A stretch of DNA of 64,000 nt, from assembly GCA_026025075.1 (NCBI GenBank), contig JAPEUI010000005.1, positions 186,001 to 250,000 on the forward strand, written 5' to 3'. Made by a program: the position numbers and the translations under genes. Origin of the DNA: Vezdaea acicularis (Eukaryota). Under the pieces are notes generated by a model, which had not been told where the DNA came from, did not search any database, and saw only the letters and a program-made list of their open reading frames with translations. Position 1 is the first letter of the stretch; each line of letters starts with the position of its first letter. Positions 34,231 through 47,634 of the stretch are shown here, one piece after another.

Positions 34231-36024
34231 CTAAATCATCCACCAGCAAGTCCCAACCAACAGAGCAAGTACCAAGGTAGTAAGTATTCCAGCGCCCACA
34301 CGATCCCCGATTGTGATTTTACTTGCGAGTTCCGGATTCACGGTGGAAGGATTGTCACCACCACTTCCTGCCGTAGGATCACCTTTCGATGTTCCACCGG
34401 AGTTGCCCGTAACTGGCGGGGGCACATGTTGGATTAGGTTGGCTTGAATGATACTCAGTGCCGACATCTCTTCTCCTGGGCCCTTCTGGCCATCATAGGT
34501 AGATTGATACCATCTGTTCAAGGGAGTCAGTAGGACCTTATGACGTATTTGAGGATTTTTACCTTCTCCCACACGTGGTACCTGAATCGCCACCAGAACA
34601 CTGCTGCGCCGCTCCTTTAGCCGAAGCTTGAAGCTTCGGCATAATGATGCTCGCCGTCGAAGGGACTAGCTGAGAGGTCACAGCCATCCAGCGAGAGAGA
34701 TAAGCCTTGAATGAAGGTTGATCATTGTCACACTATAACAAATCAGCTTTCGAATCCACCCGTCAGGTAAGAGGAACGAACGGTTTGACCCGTTTCACAA
34801 GCTACAGAGATGTTAATCGCAGTTCCCAACGCCTACACTAGGAATAACTCACCAACTTCTTCCATCACTCCATTGTTCTCTGCGGGGAAGAAAACGTTGG
34901 TACCATTCAGGATGCCTTCGACACGATGTAGCCATTTTTGATCTCCATTGGTCTTGACAAGTCAGCAAGAATGCATCATACAGAGGTGTGCTCTTACATA
35001 ATTATACATATAGGCAGCTCCTGACAAGAAGGTACCGTAATTGTAGGTCCATTGAAGCTGGGAGGCGTCGGAACAATTTTTGGCAGTCGCGGAGCCGTCG
35101 TTGATAACGAATTCCGAGGTAAGGAGTGGTGTTGATTCGAACCAATCATACATTTTATTGGCCCAGTCAGCATACGTTGTGTTTCCTGTATATCGGGCGA
35201 GGCGTGCCGCAAGTTGGAAGAAACCACCATTGGAGATCGTATTCTTATAATCATAGCCGGCGTTGAAAGGGAAGATCTGCCATCTAAGGCCTCCACCACA
35301 ACTCGATGTATCCCAACGATTGGCCTGTAGATTGAATACTGCTTGAGCAAGAGCAAGCCATTGGGGCTGATTCGAGGGGGGATTGGGGAAGCCAAGTTCG
35401 GCAGCTGATAAGGCAGCAAAAGCCCAAAATACTTGATCATCATTACCCTGTGGCAAATCAGCTCTTTCGAACTTTTTGGAATTGAAACACATCCTTGGTA
35501 TCATACCTCGGTCTTGGTTTGATTAGGGGGCATGAAGTCATTGTTCGGCCCTACTTGAGCCAACAGTCCTTGAGTGACCTGATCATTGTATTGAGTGTCC
35601 CCTGTATAGTACCAATATTCGACTGCCAGTCCGAATAAAGCGCCGGCCTCCCACCAATAATATGGTAGAGGCAACAGGCCAACCTTTGAGCTGATAAGCA
35701 TTACATTCGTCCATTGCGGTAGAGAAGCATCTTACAGTTTGTCCGGGTTGGTAACCCGTGTACCAGCCCATCATGCCACCAGCCACGGTCTTCGCAGCAG
35801 ACTTAACCGAATCTAGAAACTCTCTGTTAGAGGCTGACAATAAGAATATAAGAGGCGAAGGACTCCAGTAACAAGATTACAAGCTGCTGCCAGCTCCGCA
35901 TAAAAAATCGAGGATGCTTACCAGGACTATTAATGTCTATTTGGACTGCCTGGGCGGTATTCATCCCGAGCGCTAGAAGTCCAACCTGACCTAGAAGGTT
36001 GGAAGGCTTCCATATTGGCCTCAT
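34231..36024 (-). CDS. DFG5/DCW1: GH76 mannan endo-1,6-alpha-mannosidase, DFG5/DCW1-type GPI-anchored cell-wall enzyme
   Basis: Multi-exon gene with a signal peptide. Motifs [22 protein letters not shown] (catalytic DD), [33 protein letters not shown] and WTYNYG. C-terminal GPI-type tail [13 protein letters not shown]...WWMI. Confidence 0.92.
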
Positions 36025-37144
36025 TGTCGCAAGCTATATGCTCGGCAAAGGTCAACCGTTATAAGCTTTCAAAGCGCTGCCCGGAAGCCAAGGAGGTACC
36101 TCGGGTTGACTTTGTCGAATCCCTTGGTGGGCTTCACGGAGACCAGGAGTTAAAGCCGTCCTCTCGGCTCATTGATTTGGAACAACTTGAATAGCGGTCG
36201 CGAACAAAAGCTGCTCTACAGCTAGGCCTAGGGACGGATCTTCTTGAGATTGTTGATTCAAACAAGGCGGCTGGTAAAACCTTCAGCGAACGATCGTGGT
36301 AAATAGCGAGCGACAGATAACGTTAAAGAGAATCGGGTGCAAGCGATGCTGCCGCTATCCTACTGTCTCCTTGATGCAGAAAGTGTATTGATCTTTGTCA
36401 GGGAGGGCTGCACGTCAGGCAAGATGCAACAACGCCCTGATCGAAGAGTGTCTTCGTGGGAAGAAAGGCGTTGATGTGAGGTTGTTAGTAGCGACGGTTT
36501 GAGACGTCCGGGGGTCAGGAGGAGTCCTCTTCGGTTCTTACAGGGACCCGGTTTTGTCGGGGAGGGTAGTGACGCACTAAGAGTAAGATGCGACTTACGC
36601 GGCGTTCGCGCTCGGGATCCCGGCAAGTGCACAAGGGCCGAACATGATGCAGGACGATTACCCTAAGAATTTGGCGTTCATCTTTTGACCTTGTTGGTCA
36701 AAAGATGGTGCGCTAAGCAGAGGAATGCGAAATTTTGTACGAATGGAGAGGAGCGATGTGCTCAAGCTTTCTCGCCCAAGAGCCAAGGACCGATGCAGGC
36801 CCTAATATACGGAACATCCACCACGGCAACTACGCGAGCTGCCTGCCAAGCTTCGTCGGAGTTTCTTGGCAAAGCTTGACTTGATGCGATGGGGTCTGAC
36901 CTTACTGATCGCTTCCGCACCATCGATCTTGAGCTCAGCCTCGATAGTCTCACGCAGTCGCTCAACTCCTGGGGCGTCTTCACACTCCCTCCAGTCGTCA
37001 CATAGTCGTCCATTGCTATGTTCTGGCAAGGCTGACGACTGTTCAGAGCTCTATGCTGTCAAGACCATGTGTTAGGCCACATTCTGCTAGAAGATTAAAG
37101 CTGAGGTCTTCAAGGTACAGACCTTGCTCAGCTCAGGATTCCCT

Positions 37145-38998
37145 ATGCGCATGCCGCCTCCTCGAGCTCTTCCAATCTCGGAGGAATTTTCAAATCCAGA
37201 AAGCTATGTAGATTCTCTGCTGGAATTTACGGGCTCATCTACCCTTTTCCAAACGTTCTGTGGCCACATACACATTCTGGATTTCCTTATTCAAGAACCT
37301 GACCTGTATTCAGCTATTCTTCCAGAGGAGTGGCAGTCCTGGTTCGGGGAGCATGATGTGGACGAAATACTCTATCTTTTAGTAAAGGATAGCTTACTTC
37401 CTTTAGGTGAGGGTGGCCCTCCCGGGAGCCTGGTTGACTTCATCCAAGGAGTCCGCCGTCATTCCTTAGACAGAACGTGGTCTGCGCCTACGACTCTTCC
37501 TCATCTGCCGTATCATGTTTCTGTAGGAATGAGGCAAAAAAAGATACATGAAGTTCAAAGTTTTGCTCAATACATTAACGATATTAGTCTCGACAAAGGT
37601 ATCACTCATCTAGTCGATTTCGGATCCGGCCAGAATTACCTTGGCCGTGTGCTCGCAAGCCCGCCATACAACAAGCGCATTGTTGCGATCGAGAGTAAAA
37701 GGCAAAATATTGAGGGTGCTCGCAAGATGGACGTAACTGCTGGACTGGCCAATATTGAGAAGGTTAAGAGAGATAAGAAGCGGTATAGAATGCAGCAAGA
37801 AATTGGGTCGACACGTACCAAGATACCCTCAGCAACTCGCTCAAACTGTGAGATGACTGCAAAGCAACAAAATGCTTCAGTAGATCTGCTTTTCAGCCCT
37901 TCCGCAACCGAGCAACGAATGGATGGTTTTGTTGTAGACCAGAGACCTAAAGCAGACCTCAAGATAACTTATATGAAAAGCAATTCTATTCAATACATAG
38001 AGCATGTAATCAAAGACGGCAACATTTCTGACATAGTCGGTCAAATTGCTCACATCTCTTCAGGGAATCTAGGGCCACCTTCGTCAGAATCAACGACTCC
38101 TTTAGTGGCCGAACGTCAGAAAACAGAACCTCAATCCTTTCAAACAACTAGAGTCACCAAAGTGATGGGTAGCTCGCATTCAGAAGATTCAGGTCTCGAG
38201 CCAACCTTGCTAGTCATGGCATTACACAGTTGTGGCAACCTTCTGCATCATGGCATCCGGTCACTATTGCTCAACCCGTCTGTCAAGATGATTGTCCTAG
38301 TAGGGTGCTGCTACAACCTAGTCTCCGAGAGGCTTGGCCCGCCCAGCTTTAAACTCCCGTCTTTAAGGCCGCCTTTTGAGCGAGCAGAGCGTCTATCTTC
38401 CGCCTTTGATCCTCATGGTTTTCCCATGTCAGAAAGGATGTCAACTCACAATGGTACAGGAGTTCATTTGAATATCACAGCCAGGATGATGGCTCTGCAG
38501 GCCCCTGAGAACTGGACCAAGCTAGATTCTGAGGCATTCTTCAAACGGCATTTCTTTCGGGCGCTGCTCCAGCGGATCCTCTATGACAAGGGCCTCGTGT
38601 CCCGGAGCGCCGTTGAAGGCAGAGCTGCGGCGAACCCCATCATAATTGGGTCTCTACGTAAATCATGTTACAACTCATTCAATGCCTACGTTCGTGGATC
38701 ACTAGTCAAGCTCTCTGAAGATTCGTCACGTGCCAAACTTGTGGAGGAACGTCTCGAAGGACTCACGGATGAGCAGATAGAAGCATACGAGGTTAAGTAC
38801 GGAGCGTGGAAGAAAAAGCTTAGTGTAATATGGTGTTTAATGGCTTTCAGTGCACAACTCGCCGAGGCCATCATCATCGTGGACCGATGGCTCTTCTTGA
38901 AGGAGCACCCCAACACCGTAAAGGAATGTTGGGTTGAAACTGTTTTTGACTATGGCCAGAGCCCCAGGAACTTGGTCGTGGTTGGTGTCAAGAATTAG
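37145..38998 (+). CDS. SAM-dependent methyltransferase, METTL25/RRNAD1-like
   Basis: Single long ORF with GMRQKKIHEV, SAM motif LVDFGSGQNYLGR, LHSCGNL, GCCYNL, EAIIIVDRWLFL and FDYGQSPRNL. Confidence 0.8.
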   Translation: MRMPPPRALPISEEFSNPESYVDSLLEFTGSSTLFQTFCGHIHILDFLIQEPDLYSAILPEEWQSWFGEHDVDEILYLLVKDSLLPLGEGGPPGSLVDFIQGVRRHSLDRTWSAPTTLPHLPYHVSVGMRQKKIHEVQSFAQYINDISLDKGITHLVDFGSGQNYLGRVLASPPYNKRIVAIESKRQNIEGARKMDVTAGLANIEKVKRDKKRYRMQQEIGSTRTKIPSATRSNCEMTAKQQNASVDLLFSPSATEQRMDGFVVDQRPKADLKITYMKSNSIQYIEHVIKDGNISDIVGQIAHISSGNLGPPSSESTTPLVAERQKTEPQSFQTTRVTKVMGSSHSEDSGLEPTLLVMALHSCGNLLHHGIRSLLLNPSVKMIVLVGCCYNLVSERLGPPSFKLPSLRPPFERAERLSSAFDPHGFPMSERMSTHNGTGVHLNITARMMALQAPENWTKLDSEAFFKRHFFRALLQRILYDKGLVSRSAVEGRAAANPIIIGSLRKSCYNSFNAYVRGSLVKLSEDSSRAKLVEERLEGLTDEQIEAYEVKYGAWKKKLSVIWCLMAFSAQLAEAIIIVDRWLFLKEHPNTVKECWVETVFDYGQSPRNLVVVGVKN

Positions 38999-39773
38999 CA
39001 CTAAGGGTCTTCATTTGTGTTCACATGCGGCTGGAAATGAAGATTTAGCCCTAAGAAATGCTGCGGCATCTTCAGCCACTCTAGTCGATCTGTCGGCAAA
39101 TTTGGTCTTATCAAGAGAAAAGCCACCCGTTGCTAAAGAGGCTGATATGCCTCCCTTGGCCGCTTGTCTAGACAAGGTCTTCGCGTCCAACAGAGTCCTC
39201 TAGCTTTGAGTTTGGGGCATTTAGGTGGGGCGTAAATATGTGCTCGTGCGTCACCAATCTTTATCCACAACTTTGTCCTTGATCTAGTCTAGTTAGGTTC
39301 ATCAAGAACTTCGTTGAGGAGTTGGTGTGCCTAGTCAACTAGCTTGGTCACGGAACACATGAAAGCCATGATCCGATAAACACATAGTTCAATTCACTGG
39401 ATCAAAGGAGATCTTCCATATGTGAATTACTCGGTGGTCGAACTCCAAGCTTAAAGTTCGAAATTGCTCATAGTTCCAGTTGTGGCGTCCTACTTGTGAG
39501 GATAAACTAGGGTAGCACGGGTAGAAATGCCCACCTGTTAAGCGAGGGTTAGGTCCCCTGACAGTACTTCAAGCGGACTTGAAACTTATGTATCGTGAAT
39601 ATCCTATAGACCGCCCATGTAAATCAACCTGAAAGCTAGACCACTTCAAATTCTTATAACATTCACCTACGCATCTCCGTCTCAGTCTCTATTCCTCCAG
39701 ATGTGCACGTGGCACTATTAGATTTGGACAGCGTCCACACAAGATTGCCTACCACTACACTTTACTCTCCGCC

Positions 39774-42602
39774 ATGACCGTCAACGGGCATTTTGCCTCC
39801 GTTGGTGATGTGGCCACAAAGACCCAATATGAGCATGGAATCCAAGTCATCGATGAGGATAAAGAGTTTAAGTAAGCGTCGTGGTTCCAACCACATAAGC
39901 TCCTCATGTTCCCGATCCTAATCATTGCGCTAGCTCCGACCTCCCAACATACCTCTCGCTGACAAAAGTCATATCTGCCGGCTTCAACTATCATCTAATC
40001 TCCGTGTTTGGCTCGCAGTCGACAGGAAAATCTACGCTCTTGAATCATCTTTTCGGCACCGAGTTTGGCGTTATGTCCGAGTCCGAGCGACGGCAGACCA
40101 CGAAGGGGATCTGGATGTCCAAGAACAAGCGGGAGAACGCGGACGGGCCGAAAACCTACCGAATGGCCGAAAATATTCTGGTCATGGATGTAGAAGGAAC
40201 AGATGGACGAGAGCGTGGGGAGGATCAAGATTTCGAGCGGAAAAGCGCACTATTCGCGCTTGCCACCAGCGAAGTGCTTATTGTAAACATGTGGGAGAAT
40301 CAAGTTGGCCTATATCAAGGCGCAAATATGGGCCTATTAAAGACAGTCTTTGAGGTCAACTTGCAGCTGTTCCTGAAAGATAAAAAGTAGGTATAGGAGG
40401 CATGGTCCTTTAATCATGTTGCTAATTGTCAATGCAGCTCTACACCGCGATCATTACTTTTATTCGTGATTCGCGACCATTTAGGGCATACTCCCCTTTC
40501 AAATCTTAGGCAAACCGTCACTCAAGATCTAGCAAATATCTGGGCATCTTTGTCCAAGCCAAAAGGCCTCGAGAAGTCGAAGATTGAAGACTACTTCGAC
40601 TTTGCATTCTCGGCTCTGCCACATAAGATCCTACAACCTGAAAAATTCGTCGAGGAGGTTGGGAGGCTGGGCACAAGGTTCAGAGAGGGCTACAGGGATC
40701 CCAAGAAACAGGGGATTCGTGGAGATCAGGACTATGAGGGTGTTTTCTTACCTGAGTACCATCGTCGCATCCCTGCTGATGGTGTCGCACGATATGCCGA
40801 AGGTATATGGGATCAGATCGTTAATAACAAGGACCTTGACTTGCCAACTCAGCAAGAGCTTCTAGCTCAGTTTCGATGCGACGAAATATCACGAGAAGTG
40901 ATGGTAGCTTTTGACGAAGTCATTACTCCACTAGAGTCGCAGCAAGCCGAAGGAGTACGACAAGGCTCACCGGTCGTCTTGGGCGGATTAGGCAATGCGA
41001 TGAGAGCCACAAGGGCTGGAACAATAAAAAATTTTGAGACCGAAGCAAGTCGATATCATAAAGGCGTTTATTCGAGGAAGCGTGCGGAACTTGAGTCGAA
41101 GATCGACACTCGACTCAAAGCACTATTCCTTGGTCAATTAGCGGCTGCACACAAGGTTGGCGTTAACGGATTTAGTGAAGCTGTTTCTGGTGCAGTCAAA
41201 GCTGGTCAGAAGAAAGGGGTGAACTATGACTTTGCGGAAATTGTCGTTCGGGAAAAGAAGATTGCCCTTGCCAGGTTTGAGAAGGAGGGCAAGACTCTAG
41301 CCATAGATAGCGCATCATGGACCAATTTTGGACAACAGATGAACCTTTACCAGAAAGATCTCGACCAAGTGAGCGGAAAGCTTAGAAAAGAAGAGATGCG
41401 GAGATTGGCAATCCGCGTTGAGAGATGGGTAAAGTCTCGCCTTGGCGAATCGGTGGGAATTGAGTTCAACAAGTTGGGGTCAGGGCGAGCTGGATCAGGA
41501 GCACCTGAAGAAGGCGATAAGCCAGCAGAGAAGGATCTATGGGACCGCGTCTGGAATATCTTTACGAATCTTGTACAAGAGGCAGAATCCAGGTTCTCTG
41601 AGAGGGCTCGAAGCTTTGATGCAAGCCCAGAAGAGATGGATGTTGGACTCTGGCAGCTGCGAAGAAAATCCTGGGGTGTCCTTCGGGCGAGGGTGGATGA
41701 GGAAATGATGGAAGGGAATATTTTATTGAAACTAAGAGAAAAGTAGGAGGAGTCTTTCGCATCACCATTCAAACTTGCTAATCGTATCTAGTTTTGAGGA
41801 TAAGTTTCGATACGATGAGGCAGGTGTGCCTCGAATCTGGAGGCCGACCGACGATATTGAAGCCGTCTACACCAAGGCTAGAGATTCAACATTAACGCTC
41901 ATTCCAATCCTGTCTCGTTTCAACCTTGCGTCCACAGGAAGTCCGCCACCATTGGCGGCTTGGATAGGGCATGCTCCAGACTCTGTGACACCGGCTGATG
42001 AAGAGGACCTTGCCCCCATCGGCGGCATAGATGAGGAGGATGGAAAGAGCCTAGAAGAAGAAATGACTGTGCTTAGTGAAGCTAAGAGGCAAGACTTAGT
42101 GGTCAGGTTTAAGAAGACTGCCGATGGTGTGTATGTGGAGGCGAAGAGGAGTGCCATTGGTGGCATTGCTCAAGTACCTCTCTATTTCTACGGTTTACTG
42201 CTTGCGCTGGGTTGGAATGAGATTTGGGCAGGTGAGTCTTTCACAAGACTCCAATTGATACAGCAAATATTAACAGTCCTTGCAGTACTAAGAAACCCAG
42301 TATACTTTATCTTCTTGATCATACTTGGTGTTGCGGCGTACGTCACATATACCCTCAATTTATGGGGCCCGATGCTACGCATGGCGAACGCGGCCTCTCA
42401 GCAGGCGCTGGAGGTCGGGAAGGAACGACTGAGAGAGTTTTTGGAAACATCCGACACTGGACGCCAAGCTATGGCGATGTCAGGCCATAGGCTTGAGGGG
42501 GATAATATTAGCTTGAAAACCCTCGACAGCCAAGGACGTCGAAGACCACGCCCCAAGTCGGTCGATGATGAGAATGATGATGATGATGATGATGATATAT
42601 AG
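39774..42602 (+). CDS. SEY1: SEY1/RHD3 dynamin-like GTPase (ER membrane fusion)
   Basis: Five exons (~39774-39871, 39934-40386, 40438-41742, 41792-42231, 42285-42602). P-loop [48 protein letters not shown], a C-terminal TM hairpin LLALGWNE and a poly-Asp tail. Confidence 0.96.
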
Positions 42603-43211
42603 ATTTGCGCCTTCGCATGTTAACGCCTTACTCAGCGATTTATGTAACTCAATAGTCCTCGAATAGTATTGATATATTAAAGGGAACCATGGTAACGAGA
42701 CTGTAAGGCCATGTTACCATCCCAAGTCCTTCTTATTGACAAGGCAAAGCTGCGATTCTGGCTACGGCGTGGCGAATGACATTGTGGAGACTGTCGCTCG
42801 GCATCTCTCCAAATGTTACATTCCGAAGAGCCCTATGAATACTACATCAACGGGTCCGAGTTCTATACTAAATCCCGGAGACTGCCGCAGCCAATTAAAT
42901 TCATGACTGGAAACAATATGCGGGGAGTATACGCGACGTCATGCACGTGTCAGTTATTCGCCGGACCAAGGTGGAAGCGAAACCACCTCCAGCATCCTCT
43001 TCTTCCACGGAGTTACGTCTTTCAACCCCTCAGTAGAGAGGTTTCTCCTTTCCAGCTTCTCTCTTCAAGTTCTGTTGTGTTATGATTGACCTTTTTGAAG
43101 TTCTCAAACCCAATTGATTTCCAATTGCAAATCGAGCCTTTCCTCCCCTTCCCCCGAAAGAAAAGCCCCGGCTTACCCTACAACCCTTCTCCAATCCACG
43201 CCGACTCCGTC

Positions 43212-44157
43212 ATGAAGATCCTCACGAAAGAAGAGCAAGACGCACACTACAATGCCACCGTCCGCGGCGGTCTTCTGGGCGGGGCCCTCGGCCTAGGCGC
43301 TGGCGTCGGCGCAGTATACCTTGCGCATCTCCGCTCAAGCAACTTCCGCGCCCTCACCCTACCCCTAAAGGCGTTCCTCGCGACCTCCGCCGGCACCTTC
43401 GCCGCCATCATCCAGGCCGATCGCTCGTCCCGCAACTTCGAGATCGAGCGCCACCCAGAGGAGAAGCTGTACAAAGACCAGAGCATGTCCGCGCAGGAGC
43501 AGATCCACCAGCAGCAGACGGGCTTCCAGCGCGCGAAGGACTGGGGCAGGGAGAATCGGTATGGCATCGTGGGGGCGAGCTGGGTGGCGAGCATGGGCGT
43601 GGCGTTGGCGCTGGTGGGGAGGAATCCGTACCTGACAAAGGCGCAGAAGCTCGTGCAAGCTAGGGTGTATGCGCAGGGACTCACGGTTGCGGTGCTGATG
43701 GCGAGTGCAGCGTTTGAGCTTGGGGATGCGAATAAGGGGGCGGGCAGGTGGGAGACGGTCAAGATCCTGGATCCGGATGACCCGGAGCATAAGCATATGA
43801 TCGAGAAGCGGATACATCATGAGCGGTACGCGGGGGAAGATATGTGGCGAGGTGAGCGAAATTAAACCAGGTTTCATGGTCGAACGGCTTGCTGACCTCT
43901 CGTGCGTAGATATGGTTGATGCGGAAGAGAAGCGGATAGAGGAGAGGAAGAAGGCGGTAAAAGAGCAGGAAGCAAAGGACGCAAAGGCGAAGGGGAAGAA
44001 GGGGAACAAAGGTGGAAAGGATGAGCAGGAAGAGAAGGGCGGGGAAGAAAATGGGAAGGATAGTGAGGAGGGAGAAAAGTTGAAAGATAGAGAATCGCAG
44101 AGAGACAACACTAAAGAAACGCAGCACCCGCGAAAGATCAAGAAGCCAGCTTCATGA
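43212..44157 (+). CDS. RCF2: HIG1-domain respiratory supercomplex factor 2-like protein
   Basis: Starts MKILTKEEQDAHY. Motifs NRYGIVGASW, QKLVQARVYAQGLT and HHERYAGEDMWR/DMV. One intron at ~43852-43909. Confidence 0.85.
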
Positions 44158-44384
44158 GTACATTGACCGTTACTAGCTCTTATCCACATTTCTTTCACAT
44201 ATTGGACTCATCCTTGTAGAGGCAATTGATTAATTTTACCACTATGTATCATCACTATTCAAAGAACCTCATATGCTTGTGCCAAAAGTTCGTTCATCTT
44301 CGAAGCGCATTTTGCAGATCGCAAGACTCATGGCTGAACAGTAATCCAAGCTAATGTTGATACATCCAAAACTTTGTGTTTCGA

Positions 44385-46892
44385 TCACACGTCGATCGTG
44401 AAATGGCTAATTTGGGAATAGTACGCCGATATCCCTAACTCCAACATATAGGTATCATCAAAGACGTTGTTTCTGGCGAATGTTAGGCCATGATTCGAGA
44501 TTAGTCAGGGTCAGACTTACCCATCAAACCCCCCAATCATATACAGCCTCGAGTCATGTAAGATCGCGCCATGATACCCTCTCCCCGTTGGCTTCGCACC
44601 GTACACTTTCCGACGATCCCAATGCATCGTGACGAGATTCAATAGTAGGACCTCATTTGAGTACTCGGTGCCATCATGACCACCAAGAACGAAAAGATAA
44701 CTCCCCACTATAGTCGCCGAATGGCTTAGCCTTGGATACGAGACCTTGATATCTACAGACTTCCAGACGAGGGTATCTACATCAAAGATCCATAGGTCGC
44801 GGAAGCAATCTTGACCATCAGAGCCACCGAAGACGATCATTTTCGAGCCGACCATGTTCGCGGAATGGTATCCGCGGGCGATAGGGCGCAACGAGCCAAG
44901 ACGACCGTCGATGCTGGTAGAAGATTTCGAGCTTGTAGGTGGACTCATGAGCCTCCAGGACAGCTTGTTGAAGTCGGATACATCCAGTCGCCAGACGTCG
45001 TTGAGTGCTCTGATGCCGTCTCCACCACCAAAGACATAGATACCGTTCTTGTAAAGGCAAGCTGCGTGGGCGCGCCTTTTTGTGGGTATTGCTGTGCCGT
45101 GTACGACGGCCTTTGTGTATCTGCAATTCAGAGCGTCGAGGACGTATATGTCGTTGTAGTAGGACGGACCGTCGCCGCCACCGAAGATCACGATCTTCTT
45201 GCCAACTGCCGTGCTTGTAGTCGCTCGCAATGGAGGTGGAATATCGCCGCCTACTGCAGGCTTGGACCAGCACATGCAATCGGCATCGAATACATAAAGG
45301 TCATTAAAGCACTGCGCCGAGTCACATCCACCGAAAGCGTATATGTTGTTTCCAACCAGCGTAGTGTTGTGCGCTCTCATTGCAGAAGGCATTTCGCCAA
45401 ATGATTGCGCTTTAGACCAGTACATACCGTTCGGAGGAGCCGGATCGAGTTTAGGTGCTTGCTCGATGTCAGGTACTGGAGGTTCGTATGTTCGCGCGGC
45501 CCTCGGACGGTTCGACGTTATTGCTTTTAGCGGACTAGCCTGCGCTGCACCTAGTGAGCTATTACCCTTGATGGCAGATGTAGATCTCGGAGCATGAGGC
45601 CTGTCGGCATTGGCTTGCGGCTGGCTAATTGCTCGTGCCCGCGAGCCATCGAGTGTCGCACTGGAGGCTGAGGGTCGAACAGCCTTGGTGCCGTTATTTG
45701 TAAGTGTCGCCACAGCCTTAGGCGCCGTATGGCTTTTGTCAATTCCTAGGTTTGGAGGTTCTTTTGAAGTATGAGGATTGGGTGGATTCGAGTTTACAGG
45801 AGGTTTAGCTGACGTCGTTGGGATTCTTGGCATGGAATGTGCTATTACGGACGGTTTTGTCGGCTTGAGGTCTTCTGGTGAAAGCTGCATAATCTTATTG
45901 CTTCGCCTTACGGTAGGCATATTTACTTGGCTTTGCATGGGTACAACGGCTTCTGATGACGATGTCCTAGCGGGCACACTCTTTGGTCTTGACGTGCCAG
46001 AGCCATTAATTCCAGGATGTGTATCTCGTATAGATGGCGCGGCGTCCGTCGGTGACATAAGAGGTAATTGAAATGCCTCCTTCGCCGGCGAAGGGAGATT
46101 AGACGCTCCATTGTACGCCCGGCCATTGAGTGTTCTGTCATCATCCTCATCCTCCTCCGTTTCCTGCTCCGAGGCTGAAGTTGATTCATCATACCGAGTC
46201 TGACCATTCCCATTTGACCTCAAGGATGAGGCCGATACCGAAGGTCGAACACCCAGATTTCTTGAGCCTTCAGATATTGTCGGCTCTTTCGCAGTACGTT
46301 TCGGAAGGACGGATTTGGCCTTCTTGCCCAACTTTCCAATCATTGAGCCCCTTCGCCCTTCTCTCAATGCTTCTGGATCGACGCTGCTTCCTTCGTCCGG
46401 CGTTGGGCTTCTCTCACTGTCGAGTCGCCCGTTGCCACTTGGTCTTCGAGTCGAACCGGTGCTGCTACTTAGCATCGCTGAACTTTTGCTCCGGCTGCTG
46501 CCGAAGAACCCCTCCCGTGGAGCAGGTGTTCTGCTATTGCTCTTTCGCATTCTCTCATCTATTGACTCTTCCGGTATTGGAGAGGCTCTTTCCTTGTCCC
46601 TCCCGGAACGGAACTTGCCCCTAAAGCCACTCGTGTTGACACTGCCGAATATTGGGGTCGTTGATGTTTCATATTCGCGGGCTAAATCTGCTTCACGGCT
46701 AGATTGACTGCTCTCAATTGTGGGGAAACCTGGGGAGGACGGAGAGGAATGGGGAGACGATGAAGGTGAGGTCGGGCGCGCAGCACCTGCGGCAGATGGC
46801 TTGAGGGATGAGCTTGATTTTTGCGATATCACAGGCGGTGGAGGTGGAGGAGCTGGCGTCTTGCGGCTGCTCCCTTTGATCGATTTCGGCAT
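44385..46892 (-). CDS. Kelch-repeat protein with a long disordered Ser/Pro-rich N-terminus
   Basis: Six kelch units (YAFGG, VIFGGGDG, YVFGGGDG, IVFGGSDG, FVLGGHDG, YMIGGFDG). An intron follows GGFDG, and the last exon reads NNVFDDTYMLELGISAYYSQISHFTIDV-stop. Confidence 0.88.
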
Positions 46893-47400
46893 GGCTTCCG
46901 AAGAGGATGTAGTTTTAGGGTAGTCGTGCCATTAGCGTCCGCACCCAAGCTGTTTGTAATAAGGACCGAACTTCACCAACAGCATCAGGCACATTCGGCC
47001 GGGATGTAAATTTGCAAAAAGAGTGACAAGGAACAGCGACTGAACAGAATTGCGGTTGAGGGTGGTTAGGACGCAGGCCAAATGCATGGCGCAAGCGATG
47101 GACGGGGCTATCCAATGACATGAATTTGTTCAAGGAAAGTCCTGGACGGCATGCCCAATGTTCTGCGGATCTACCCGTCCCATGTCAATATCGCTATAGG
47201 AGTTTTGGTTACAATTCGAGGCTCGATATTCAATAAATTGCCATCAATTCTCCAATTGCGACGGCTATGCTGGTCAATTAGGGTCAAGCCCAGGCCGACC
47301 TTGCCGTCGCAAAAGAGCTAGTCAATTACGCTTCCTAGGGTGACGGCGCCGTAGAATACGGACTAATTTCCATTCAAGACACCAGTGAAGCGGAGATAAT

Positions 47401-47634
47401 CTGATAGATGGACGGAACCTATATTGAGGAAGTGCCTTTCCTAGGTAGGCAGCTTGGCTTGTGCTATGTGCCCCAAAGAGTGCCAGCAATACCTACTTAT
47501 TGGCCAGGCCATGGTTCTGATAGATGGACGGAACCTATGTTGAGGAAGTGCCTTTCCTAGGTAGGCAGCTTGGCTTATGCTATGTGCCCTGAAGGATGCC
47601 AGCGACGCCTACTTATTGGCCAGGCCATGGTTCT
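47401..47634 (+). repeat. Non-coding direct tandem duplication, 2 x 116 bp
   Basis: Units 47401-47516 and 47517-47632 both start ctgatagatggacggaacctat and end ttattggccaggccatggtt. Nine substitutions and no indels by manual alignment. Confidence 0.95.

Noticed and set aside
43247..44198. Antisense ORFs of 171-277 aa over the RCF2-like gene
   Set aside because: Shadow ORFs caused by high GC3 and the purine-rich tail.
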